The notes under the pieces were generated by a model. It was not told where the DNA came from. It saw only the letters and a program-made list of their open reading frames with translations, and ran no database searches. Shown piece after piece: positions 1 through 8,438 of a DNA stretch of 64,000 bases. Each line of letters opens with the position of its first letter. Positions within the stretch are counted from its first letter, which is position 1. The translations under genes were made by a program, and so were the position numbers. Location of the stretch: assembly GCA_964649225.1 (NCBI GenBank), contig CAZYPO010000001.1, positions 27,202-91,201 of the forward strand, in the 5' to 3' direction. This DNA comes from an uncultured Gemmatimonas sp. (GTDB lineage: Bacteria; Gemmatimonadota; Gemmatimonadetes; Gemmatimonadales; GWC2-71-9).

Positions 1-219
1 CAACGACAACTCCAGCCCGACGGGTCCGATGGTGAAGTGTACCACCAGGAGGTTGACCGGAACAGGCCCGAACTCCGGGGAAACGGCGTAGGTGAAAAAG
101 CTCTTGGTCGGGCTGTCGGGCAACACGGACTTGATGAACGCGTTCAGATAGCCCCCCACCAGGAAGCCGATGACCAGCACCAGAAGGTAGAAGCGGGGAC
201 GCCTGGGGCCCTGCGCCAT
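1..219 (-). CDS. DUF4321-like small membrane protein. The window holds the 5' part; the gene runs off the left edge.
   Basis: Not in the ORF track because it has no stop inside the window. Minus-strand translation from ATG at 219 gives MAQGPRRPRFYLLVLVIGFLVGGYLNAFIKSVLPDSPTKSFFTYAVSPEFGPVPVNLLVVHFTIGPVGLELSL. It has a basic N-terminus, a TM helix, then an 'FGPV..L......T.G' pattern that resembles the DUF4321 family. The ATG overlaps the ispB stop by 1 nt (TGATG). Confidence 0.5.
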   Translation of the reverse strand, partial: MAQGPRRPRFYLLVLVIGFLVGGYLNAFIKSVLPDSPTKSFFTYAVSPEFGPVPVNLLVVHFTIGPVGLELSL

Positions 220-1211
220 CAGTGACTCCGCTCCAGGACGTAGATGAGGCTGGCGCGCAGCTGCTCGCGTGCCGGCGAGGGACGCAACGCCTCGAGGGCG
301 GCCTCGGCGCTCGCGCAAAGGGCCTGGGCGCGCAGGCGGGCGTAATCGAGTCCCCCGCGCTCGGCGACGGCGGCAACCACCGCGGCGATATCGGCGTCGC
401 CCGGCTCGGGATTGCCCATGAGCGACTCCACCCCGATCCGCTGGAAGGCCGACATCCGCGGTAGCGCGTAGATCAGCGGGAGTGTCACCTTGTGCTCGCG
501 CAAATCGAGGCCGGCCGGCTTTCCGGTGACCGCTTCGGCGCCGGTGAAGTCCAGCAGATCATCGATGATCTGAAACGCCATGCCGAGTCCTTCGCCGAAC
601 GCCCGAATCGCCTCGCGCTCCGCGGGGCTGCCCCGCAAGCCGCCGACCTCGCAAGCCCCGGAAATGAGCGAAGCCGTCTTCGCGCGGATCAGCAGATCAT
701 AATCGTCTTCGGAAAACGCCAGCGGATCGTGCGCCAGCAGCTGGCGCATTTCTCCGACGGTCATCTCGTTGGTCACCCGTGAAAGCACTTGCAGCGCGTC
801 GAGGTCGGCCAGCCGGACCAACTGGATGACGGCCCGCGAGTAGAGGTAGTCCCCCATGATCACGGCGATCTGGTGGCTGAACAGCGCGTTGAGCGTGGGC
901 ATCCCCCGGCGCAGCACCGAGTGATCCACGGCGTCGTCGTGCACCAGCGTCGCCAGGTGAATCAGCTCCACCACCGCGGCCAGCGGAACCGCGCGGGGAT
1001 CCGGCTCGGGAGCGGTGGCAGCCTCGGCCAGGAGCAGCAGCGTCGGGCGGAACATTTTCCCCCGCATCTGAGCCAGATGCGAGTTGATCTGCGCGATCAG
1101 GGGGAAATCCGCCTCGATCATACCGCGGATTTCCTCGCGCACCTCGCCCAGCCGGGGCAGAATTCCCGACTGCAGGTCGGCGAGGGAAACCGAAGCGGTG
1201 CCCGAGGTCAC
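219..1211 (-). CDS. ispB: trans-polyprenyl diphosphate synthase (IspB-type; chain length not determinable)
   Basis: 330-aa ORF. Both Asp-rich polyprenyl synthase motifs are present ('LVHDDAVD' and 'FQIIDDLLD'). The GTG start forms a GTGA overlap with the upstream stop. Confidence 0.9.
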   Translation of the reverse strand: MTSGTASVSLADLQSGILPRLGEVREEIRGMIEADFPLIAQINSHLAQMRGKMFRPTLLLLAEAATAPEPDPRAVPLAAVVELIHLATLVHDDAVDHSVLRRGMPTLNALFSHQIAVIMGDYLYSRAVIQLVRLADLDALQVLSRVTNEMTVGEMRQLLAHDPLAFSEDDYDLLIRAKTASLISGACEVGGLRGSPAEREAIRAFGEGLGMAFQIIDDLLDFTGAEAVTGKPAGLDLREHKVTLPLIYALPRMSAFQRIGVESLMGNPEPGDADIAAVVAAVAERGGLDYARLRAQALCASAEAALEALRPSPAREQLRASLIYVLERSH

Positions 1212-3169
1212 GGGCGCCCTTCCGCGGCCAGGCGCTTGGCGCGCTCGCGCACGTCCAGAAAGCGGATGTCCACCGCCAGCGCCTGTTCGTAGAGCGGCAA
1301 CGCCTCCTTGCCCCGGCCCTGCGATTCGAGCGCGCGCCCCAGCCAGTAGAGCAGTCCAATTTTGTCCTCCTCGCCGCCGGGTAACCCGCTCACCGCGCGC
1401 CGCAGCACCGCCTCCGCGATGCCGTACTGGCCCTGCTCGAAGAACGCGATCCCCAGTTGCTCCGAGGTGCGCAGTCTGCCCTCGGAGGAGCGTAGCGCCT
1501 TCTGAAACTCGGCGATTGCCTCGTCGACCAGTCCCATCTCCTTGAAGGCGATCCCGAGATCGTAATGGGCCTCAAAATCTTCCGCGTCCAGGTTGGCCTC
1601 GATCCCGCGCTTGAAGTCGGCGAGTGCTTCCTGGAAGGCCTGGTCCTCGTCCTGGATCTGGGTGTTTCGGCCCACCCGCATCCGGGTGTCGCGGGGCTGC
1701 TCCTCGCCCAGGATCAGCGCGCCCAAATCCACAAATTCCTCGACCGGAACTGCTGCCTCGGCCGGAGCGGCGGCAGCGGGTTCCAGCACCGCCAGCGCCG
1801 AGCGCGCGGCGAGATTCGCTTCGTCGTGATCGAGCACCCGGTGATACACCTGCGCGGCGTGCTCGACCGCGCCCGCCCGCATCAGCGCATCGGCCAGCTC
1901 GACGTACGCGGCAACCAGGACCGGACGCCGGCCGGCGTAGTAGGCCAGCTCCACTTGCTTCTGGTACCGGGGAATCGAGCTGGGATCCAGGCGCACCAGG
2001 TCGGCACATACCGTCAACGCTTCTTCCCACCGTGACTCCGTCTCGAGCTGCAGCAGCGCTGCCTCGAGGCCGCGCAGACCCCCGTCGCGATCGCCCGCGT
2101 CGAGCAGATAGCGGGCTCGCTCGCGGAGCGTCGAACCCGGCTCGATCCGCGAGTCGAAGTCGGCGGCGGCCAGGGCATCGTTGAGCTGGAGCATGACGGG
2201 GTCCTGGACCGGCAGGTCGAGGGCCCGTGACTCGGGCTCTTCCAGATCGTACATCGGAGGCTCCGGCTCCGCGGCCAGCCGGTCGACCGGCGACTCGGAG
2301 GTCAGCAGACCGTCCAGATCCTCCACCTCACCGATTGCCCGGTCCAGGTCGAACCTGAGCTCTTTCTCCCCTTCCGGCTCGAACAGCAGCGTCTCGCCCA
2401 CGGCCGCGGATGCATCGAGCGATTCGGCCCCCAGCGGTTCCGGTTCCACCGTCGGCGCGGCGGTCTCCGGGACCGCGGCCGGCTTGGGGGACGGAGTTGC
2501 TGTGGTATCGAGAAAGACGAGATCATTATTGGCCGAGCTGCGGGCATTACGCTCGGATTCGCCCCCAATGGCCTGGAGCCGCTCGCGGGTCCGCCGCGCG
2601 GCTCCGGTTTCACCCCGCGCTTCCAGCTCGCCGGCCAGCTTCTCCAGCTGCTCCTTGGCGTCCTCGTTGCGGGAAGAGGCCCGCAGCAGCTCGACCAGCA
2701 TGAGGCGGATATCGGGATTGGCGGAGAAGTGATCGGCGAACAGCTTGAGAGCGGTGAAGGCCTCCTCGAGTTGCCCCACCCCGTTCATCCGCTCCAGATA
2801 CTCAAGCAGATTCTTCTTGGCCTCGCCGACGAAGTTCTTGCGGGCGTGCAGCTGTGCCAGCCGCAGATAGGTGGCAGTCCGGCTCGGATTGACCCGCAGG
2901 ATCTTGCCGCACAGCGCAATGGCGTTGTTGAAGAAGCCCTGGTCGGCGTACAGCTCCGCCGCCTGCTCGTACGCCCTGAGCGCGGCGAGCATGTCGCCCG
3001 CCTTGAGCTGCAGGTCGCCTACGCGATTGTACAGCCCCGGGTCCTGGGTGCCCTCCTCCCCGGCCTCCTCCGCTTCACGGATGGCCTGGAGGTAGACATC
3101 GATGGCCCGGCGCCATTCCTCGCGCTGCTCGAATTTGCGAGCCGCTTCTTTGAGCTTGTCGAGATTCAT
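1208..3169 (-). CDS. large TPR-repeat protein with an acidic/Pro-rich central linker; function unknown
   Basis: Track ORF 1208..3250 trimmed to ATG 3169 (MNLDKLKEAARKFEQ...). TPR-like helical pairs occur at both ends (e.g. 'AIALCGKILRVNPSRTATYLRLAQLHARKN', 'YDLGIAFKEMGLVDEAIAEFQKALR') around a low-complexity acidic core. No catalytic motif recognised. Confidence 0.7.
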   Translation of the reverse strand: MNLDKLKEAARKFEQREEWRRAIDVYLQAIREAEEAGEEGTQDPGLYNRVGDLQLKAGDMLAALRAYEQAAELYADQGFFNNAIALCGKILRVNPSRTATYLRLAQLHARKNFVGEAKKNLLEYLERMNGVGQLEEAFTALKLFADHFSANPDIRLMLVELLRASSRNEDAKEQLEKLAGELEARGETGAARRTRERLQAIGGESERNARSSANNDLVFLDTTATPSPKPAAVPETAAPTVEPEPLGAESLDASAAVGETLLFEPEGEKELRFDLDRAIGEVEDLDGLLTSESPVDRLAAEPEPPMYDLEEPESRALDLPVQDPVMLQLNDALAAADFDSRIEPGSTLRERARYLLDAGDRDGGLRGLEAALLQLETESRWEEALTVCADLVRLDPSSIPRYQKQVELAYYAGRRPVLVAAYVELADALMRAGAVEHAAQVYHRVLDHDEANLAARSALAVLEPAAAAPAEAAVPVEEFVDLGALILGEEQPRDTRMRVGRNTQIQDEDQAFQEALADFKRGIEANLDAEDFEAHYDLGIAFKEMGLVDEAIAEFQKALRSSEGRLRTSEQLGIAFFEQGQYGIAEAVLRRAVSGLPGGEEDKIGLLYWLGRALESQGRGKEALPLYEQALAVDIRFLDVRERAKRLAAEGRP

Positions 3170-3271
3170 CGGCCTCGCAGGAGACCAGGGGGCGGACGAC
3201 GAAACAGCTTGCAGCCATATAAGGTACGGGCGGGGCGCGGTGAGGGGCAACTAGGGGGGAGGCGGGAGTCG

Positions 3272-4813
3272 CTACTCCCCACTCGCGGTCTCCGGATCCA
3301 GCGCCCCGCGGGCAACCGCTTTCGCTAGCCGCTCCAGGTCCGGCCCCGGCGGACGATCCGCGCCAAGCGGCGGGACCCCGTCGGGCAGCTCCCGAATCCG
3401 GCGATAGAGCACGGCGATGCCGCGTCCCGGACGCAGCGGCTTGAGGAACTCGAGGCCCTGCGCCGCGCACAGAAACTCTGCCGCAACGACCAGCTGGGCG
3501 TTGGCGAGGATGCGACGCGCCTTATAGGCGGCCGCCATCCCCATCGGCACGAAGTCTTCCTGATTGGCGTCGGTCGGGATCGATCCGATACTGGCGGGAT
3601 GGGCCAGGCTGCGCGATTCTGCGACCAGGGAAGCCGCACTGATCTGGACCATCATGTACCCCGAGGCGAGGCCCGCATCGGCGGTCAAGAAGGCCGGCAG
3701 ACCCTGTGACAAATCAGGATTGACCAGCCGTTCGACCCGCCGCTCGGCGAGCGCCTGGAGCGTGGTGAGGGCGATCGCCAGGAAATCAAGCGCCTGTGCC
3801 ACGGGCTGCCCGTGAAAGTTGCCGCCCGAGAGAATTGCCCCGTCGTCGAACACCAGCGGGTTATCGGTCGAGGCGTTGAGCTCGACCTCCACCACCTGCC
3901 GTGCAAAGGCGATGGCATCTCCCACCGCGCCGAGCACTTGCGGCGTGCAGCGGAGGCTGTAGGCGTCCTGCACGCGCGGGTCGTTTTCCCGGTGGGACTC
4001 GCGGATCTCGCTCTGCTCGAGCAGACCCCGCAGGATTTCCGCGGCGCGCACTTGTCCCTGGTGAGGCCGCTGCTGGTGAATCCGTGGATCAAGCGGAGTT
4101 GGAGTGCCGCGCAACGCCTCGAGGCTCATCGCCGCGGCGCCGAGCGCGGAGCGCCAGAGCACCTCGGCATCGTGCACCAGCACAGCCAGCACCGCGGTCT
4201 GGGCCTGGGTGCCGTTGATGAACGCCAGCCCCTCTTTGGGGGCGAAGCGGAATGGAGCCAGGCCCGCGGCCTCGAGCGCGGGGCGTACCGGCTGGCGCTC
4301 GCCGTTCTGCAGCAGCACGTCGCCTTCCCCCAGCAGCGCGAGCGCCAGATGGGCCAGCGGCGCAAGATCGCCGCTCGCCCCTACGCTGCCCTGTTCCGGA
4401 ACCCAGGGAATGACGCCCGCATTGAGCAGCGCGAGCACCGCTTCCGGCAGCGACGGACGCACTCCGCTGGTGGGGCGGAGCAGCACATTCGCTCGCAACA
4501 ACAACATGGCCCGCACCAGCTCGGCTGGAAACGGCGTGCCGATGCCAGCTGCGTGACTCCGGATCAGGTTGACCTGGAGCTGCTCGAGCTGAGCCGGGTT
4601 GATACGGACGTTAGCCAGTTTGCCGAACCCGGTGTTTACGCCGTAGATCACCTGACCGCGCGCAATCGCCTGCTCGACGCGGGCTCTCGATTCCGCCAGG
4701 GCGGCCAGCCCATCCGGCGCAGCGCTGACCTTCACCGCAGGGTCGCGCGCCAGACGCACGAGGTCCTCGACCGTCAGCGCACGGCCGTCCAGCACGAGGG
4801 TCGGTTGGGACAT
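3272..4813 (-). CDS. hutH: histidine ammonia-lyase
   Basis: 513 aa. Contains the MIO-forming Ala-Ser-Gly motif 'GSVGASGDLAPLAH'. The 'NLIRSHAAG' Ser-His pair is typical of HAL rather than PAL/TAL. No hutU or hutI is adjacent. Confidence 0.9.
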   Translation of the reverse strand: MSQPTLVLDGRALTVEDLVRLARDPAVKVSAAPDGLAALAESRARVEQAIARGQVIYGVNTGFGKLANVRINPAQLEQLQVNLIRSHAAGIGTPFPAELVRAMLLLRANVLLRPTSGVRPSLPEAVLALLNAGVIPWVPEQGSVGASGDLAPLAHLALALLGEGDVLLQNGERQPVRPALEAAGLAPFRFAPKEGLAFINGTQAQTAVLAVLVHDAEVLWRSALGAAAMSLEALRGTPTPLDPRIHQQRPHQGQVRAAEILRGLLEQSEIRESHRENDPRVQDAYSLRCTPQVLGAVGDAIAFARQVVEVELNASTDNPLVFDDGAILSGGNFHGQPVAQALDFLAIALTTLQALAERRVERLVNPDLSQGLPAFLTADAGLASGYMMVQISAASLVAESRSLAHPASIGSIPTDANQEDFVPMGMAAAYKARRILANAQLVVAAEFLCAAQGLEFLKPLRPGRGIAVLYRRIRELPDGVPPLGADRPPGPDLERLAKAVARGALDPETASGE

Positions 4814-4883
4814 GGGGCAGAAGCTAGTCGGGAGGTCCAGAACTCGGGAAGGCGGGATCGGCGGGAGTTGCCCTGATTGACCC

Positions 4884-4916
4884 CACCGTCCTCACCGTCC
4901 TCACCGTTCTCACCGC
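4884..4916 (-). repeat. 9-nt tandem repeat (about 3.6 units) spanning the lptD stop codon
   Basis: Plus strand reads caccgtcct caccgtcct caccgttct caccgc. The minus strand reads ..AAG CGG TGA GAA CGG TGA GGA CGG TGA GGA CGG TGG GG. This gives three in-frame TGA codons spaced 9 nt apart, at 4910-12, 4901-03 and 4892-94. Confidence 0.85.
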
Positions 4917-7711
4917 TTGATCGTCGTCTGATTGTACTTGTAGTTGATGTCCGGGAAATCGGTGAGGAACACCGAGAAGTAGAAGGCAAAGTTCCCGTTG
5001 GGGCTCTTCACGAAATTGAATGCCGCGCGCCACTCGTGCAGGTCGCGGGAGAGTTGCAGCTGCTGGGATTCGAACTGGTGCTGTGCCGTGTTGTACTGAG
5101 TCGACCAGGTCACTCCCCAGAATCGCGTCGGAGAAAAACGGGTATTGAGTCCGATGCTGCTGTTGTTCTGGCCGGCGATCGTCGAGCCGTTGGGGCTCAC
5201 GATCGGGCGACTGCGCGAGATGTTGAGCGTGATGTTCGCCGAAAAGGGTAGCCCGCCCCGGCTCAGGTTCTGCACCGGCTGCAGCAGCGTGTTGCGCCGA
5301 ACGTCCCCGGGCAACGGCACGCCACCCGTCCCGAGGGTGCCCGGCGCAGGCCCCGGCTGCGGACCACTCGCCGGCCGCCGGGCCAGGCCGAAGAGGGAGC
5401 CCACGGTCCGCAGCGTGTTCTCGGTAATGGAGAATTGGGTGCTCACGCTCTGGAGGAACGGCTTGAATTTGGAGCCCTTCAAGCCGACCTGCCCCTCCCA
5501 CAGATCGTGGGTGATGTTGAGCGTAAATCCCGGCACCAGGTCGCTGGCCACCGTGTTATTCATCTGCGACGTGGCCCAGCCGGTCCGGCCCGGCAGTTTG
5601 GCCTGCTCGAAGTCGTAGGAAAACGAGCTGGTGGTCACGCTCAGCAGGCGGACCTTCTTCACGTTCTGGCCCAGGGTGTCTCCCGGCGCCGGGCGTCCTT
5701 TGGCCTCGAAGTTCTGGCTCAACTGGAGCGAGACGCTCTGGGACGCCGGGCTCCTGAGCGAGAGCGCGCGCCCGGCTCCGGCAAACGCCCGCGCAAACTC
5801 CTGGGAAACCGAAGCGGCCGGAGAGTAGTTGTACGAAATGATGGGAGAAATACTGTGCCGGATTTTGGTGAACCCGGCAAAGCCGGGCAGAAACGCGAAG
5901 AACGTCGGCGCCATCGTAGCCCCCAGGCTGATCCGCTTGCCCTGGTGGACGAAGCCTCCCCCAGTGAGGGTGTTCCGGATGGCGAACGGCGCAGAGCTCA
6001 GTGCGTTCGCGATGCCCAGGTTCGGGACGAATTTCCAGCTCGAGCTGAACAGGATCGGCAGCTGGATTTGGGTGGACCAGTCGAACGTGGTGCTGAAGCC
6101 GCCGTTGTGAAACTGCGTCACCGTGATGGAATCGTCCGGCTCCGGGGTGTCGGGGTTCGGAATCCTGAAAGTGCTCGATGAGCGCCCGGTGGAATCCCGG
6201 TCCGCCACCTGGAGCCGGAGCGGCAATTTGAAGCCGCCGATCCGAAACGGCGTATCCAGGTCGAAGTTGGAGACCCGGGAGCTGCCGGTGAGATTGGTGG
6301 TGTCCACCAGCCCCGGCCCCCCCGGCGTCAGCAGAGTGCCCAGCGGCGCCTTAAAGGTGTAGGTGTTGGTGAAGGTGAGGCCGGGCGACCAGGTCAGATT
6401 GCGGCCGAAATCGATCGGGTTTGGGCTCAGCGTCAGGGTGGGTAGCGTCATGTCGCCGCTGCCGTTGGTGATGGTCTCCCGCCGGCTCAATCCGGCGTTG
6501 AGGCTCCCCCAGGAAAACCGCTTGGTGAAGTTGCCGGTACTGCGGATCTCCCGCGTGGTGATTAAGGGATCGATCGAGTTCCGCGCGATCAGCGCCGAAT
6601 TAGTGGAGTAGTGCGTATCCAGGTTCAGCGTCGTGGAGACGCTGAACTGCTGATTGTGGTGCCAGTCGACGGAGTGCGATACGCCGCCCCCCGACTCCCG
6701 CTGCACGCTGTAGCTCGCTCCCCCCGACAAAAACCGGTTGCGGACCTTGTAGTTGGCGGTGATGCCGTAGGCCAGATAGCGCTTGCTGAACCAGTCGAGC
6801 TGCACCTGCGCGTCGAAAAAATCGTTGGGGGCCCAGTAGTACCCCATGTTGCTGACCTGCCGGTTATACCCGCGCGAGGATCGCACGATGTCGTTGAAGC
6901 CGAACTGCGGAATCAGGATCCCGGAGCGGCGCCCCGGCTTGGTGTCCTGAAAAAGGAACGGGATCCAGGCGATGGGGACGTCGCGGATATAGAGCACCGC
7001 CGGCCGGGCCACCATCACCGACTTGGACACCCACTTGATCTGGGCGGTCGCGAAGTGGTAATGCGGAATCGGAAGGTCGCAGCTGGTGAGCTCGGCGCTG
7101 CCGCCATACAGCCGGCTGCGGCTCGAGTCCACGGCAAGGTTACCGCGGACAAACCAGTTCCCACCCCCCTCGGTGAAATTGGTGAGGGCATCGTGCACCA
7201 CCCCGCGCTCGGTGCAGGTATCGAAGCGCGCGCTTGCGCCGATCAGCACCTGGCCACCCTGGAAGAGGTGCGGCTCGCCCTGGGCATCGACCGTGCAGGC
7301 CCCTTCCTGGTAGCGGATCGAGCCGGCTTCGAGCACCGAGCCGGCGCGCTCGGTCATCGCGTTGCCTTTGAGGTCCACCTGCCGGTCCGCCGCCTGAACG
7401 CTCGCGCTGTCCGCCTGGTAGCGGGTGACGGCATACCCCTCGAGGTCCAGCAGCTGGGAAACGATGGAATCGGCGGAGGGAAAGCCGCGTCTGGGAGCGG
7501 AGGGAAGGCCCAGGCGCCGGGCACTCGCCGAGTCGAGCTTGCGGGCCGCCGCGGTCCGGGTGGTGTCGCCCGGAACACCCACGCCGGGCGGCGGCCGTTG
7601 CCGGGGCGGCGGCTGCTGGGCGCTTCCCGGAATCGCCAGACAACACAGGAGCAGGACCGCGGCACCGGCGGCGCCCGCCGCCTCCGCTTTGAGCCGGCGG
7701 CGCTGGACCAT
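4910..7711 (-). other. lptD: LptD-like portion with its own candidate start and signal peptide (internal ATG at 7711)
   Basis: Codon 238 ATG (7709-7711, read directly) opens 'MVQRRRLKAEAAGAAGAAVLLLCCLAIPGSAQQ', an n-h-c signal-peptide-like segment. A Pro-rich linker and an OstA-like N-domain follow. Then comes 'ELTSCDLPIPHYHFATAQIKW..ARPAVLYIRDVPIAWIPFLFQDTKPGRRSGILIPQFG', which matches the LptD 'TxC...W...a.na.l.....Pv.y.P....p....RrSGfL.P' signature. The rest is a long beta-rich C-terminus. Confidence 0.7.
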
Positions 7712-8422
7712 CCATACCCCCGCCACCCCGATTTCGTAAAGCGCGAGCAGCGGGATGGTGAGCATGAACATGGAGAGCACGTCCGCGCCCGGTGAGAGGA
7801 TCGCGCCCGCGACGAAGCTGCCCACGATGGCATAGGGCCGGACCTTGTTGAGCATCGGCGTGGCCACGATGCCCAGCGCGGCCAGGATGATCATGAGCAG
7901 CGGCAGCTCGCAAGAGAGTCCCAGCGCCAGCACCAGCTGCATCACGAACGAGAAATAGGCCTCGAAGGTGATCATCGGGTTGAACGAGCCCTTCTGGAAG
8001 CTCAGCAGCACCCGCAGCGCCTGCGGCACGATGAAACTAAAGGACAACAGCGCCCCGCCCAGGAAGAGTCCCAGCCCCACGAACAGCGCGGGCACCAGCG
8101 TCTTCTTTTCCTTTTCGTACAGCGCCGGGGAGAGAAACGCCCACAGCTGCCACAGGATCACCGGCGACGCCAGCACCAGCCCCACGATGAGCCCGAGCTT
8201 GAGCACGATCATCAATGGCTCGGTGGGCGAGAGCACCGTGAGCTGGCCGGAGGGCAGGAACGGCGCGATCGGCCGCTGCAGCACGTCGAGCAGCTTGAAC
8301 CGGTCCACCAGCCAGAGCCCCAGGGCGAAGCACGCCACCACCGCGAGCAGACTCCGCAGAATGCGCTTGCGGAGCTCCTCGAGGTGGTCGAGGAACGGCA
8401 TCTCGCCCGCGGAGCGTGGCAT
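4910..8422 (-). CDS. tatC: single stop-free ORF encoding TatC (residues 1 to about 237) followed by an LptD/OstA-like outer-membrane LPS-assembly protein
   Basis: The N-terminal part has the TatC pattern ('MPFLDHLEELRKRIL', 'WAFLSPALYEKEKK', six hydrophobic helices). The remainder carries LptD hallmarks (see next feature). No stop codon lies between them in this frame according to the ORF track. Confidence 0.75.
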   Translation of the reverse strand: MPRSAGEMPFLDHLEELRKRILRSLLAVVACFALGLWLVDRFKLLDVLQRPIAPFLPSGQLTVLSPTEPLMIVLKLGLIVGLVLASPVILWQLWAFLSPALYEKEKKTLVPALFVGLGLFLGGALLSFSFIVPQALRVLLSFQKGSFNPMITFEAYFSFVMQLVLALGLSCELPLLMIILAALGIVATPMLNKVRPYAIVGSFVAGAILSPGADVLSMFMLTIPLLALYEIGVAGVWMVQRRRLKAEAAGAAGAAVLLLCCLAIPGSAQQPPPRQRPPPGVGVPGDTTRTAAARKLDSASARRLGLPSAPRRGFPSADSIVSQLLDLEGYAVTRYQADSASVQAADRQVDLKGNAMTERAGSVLEAGSIRYQEGACTVDAQGEPHLFQGGQVLIGASARFDTCTERGVVHDALTNFTEGGGNWFVRGNLAVDSSRSRLYGGSAELTSCDLPIPHYHFATAQIKWVSKSVMVARPAVLYIRDVPIAWIPFLFQDTKPGRRSGILIPQFGFNDIVRSSRGYNRQVSNMGYYWAPNDFFDAQVQLDWFSKRYLAYGITANYKVRNRFLSGGASYSVQRESGGGVSHSVDWHHNQQFSVSTTLNLDTHYSTNSALIARNSIDPLITTREIRSTGNFTKRFSWGSLNAGLSRRETITNGSGDMTLPTLTLSPNPIDFGRNLTWSPGLTFTNTYTFKAPLGTLLTPGGPGLVDTTNLTGSSRVSNFDLDTPFRIGGFKLPLRLQVADRDSTGRSSSTFRIPNPDTPEPDDSITVTQFHNGGFSTTFDWSTQIQLPILFSSSWKFVPNLGIANALSSAPFAIRNTLTGGGFVHQGKRISLGATMAPTFFAFLPGFAGFTKIRHSISPIISYNYSPAASVSQEFARAFAGAGRALSLRSPASQSVSLQLSQNFEAKGRPAPGDTLGQNVKKVRLLSVTTSSFSYDFEQAKLPGRTGWATSQMNNTVASDLVPGFTLNITHDLWEGQVGLKGSKFKPFLQSVSTQFSITENTLRTVGSLFGLARRPASGPQPGPAPGTLGTGGVPLPGDVRRNTLLQPVQNLSRGGLPFSANITLNISRSRPIVSPNGSTIAGQNNSSIGLNTRFSPTRFWGVTWSTQYNTAQHQFESQQLQLSRDLHEWRAAFNFVKSPNGNFAFYFSVFLTDFPDINYKYNQTTIKR

Positions 8423-8438
8423 GGGGTCGGACCCGCCC

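Noticed and set aside
3272-4813. Orphan ammonia-lyase considered as a PAL/TAL or aminomutase of a natural-product pathway.
   Set aside because: The selectivity positions read Ser-His ('IRSHAAG'), as in histidine ammonia-lyases. No biosynthetic neighbours are present. The only oddity is the lack of hutU and hutI.
4884-4916. Short tandem repeats here and at 11121..11160, considered as possible CRISPR or minisatellite arrays.
   Set aside because: The units are only 8-9 nt and directly abutting, with no spacers, and no cas genes are present. They are treated as simple tandem repeats or motifs instead.
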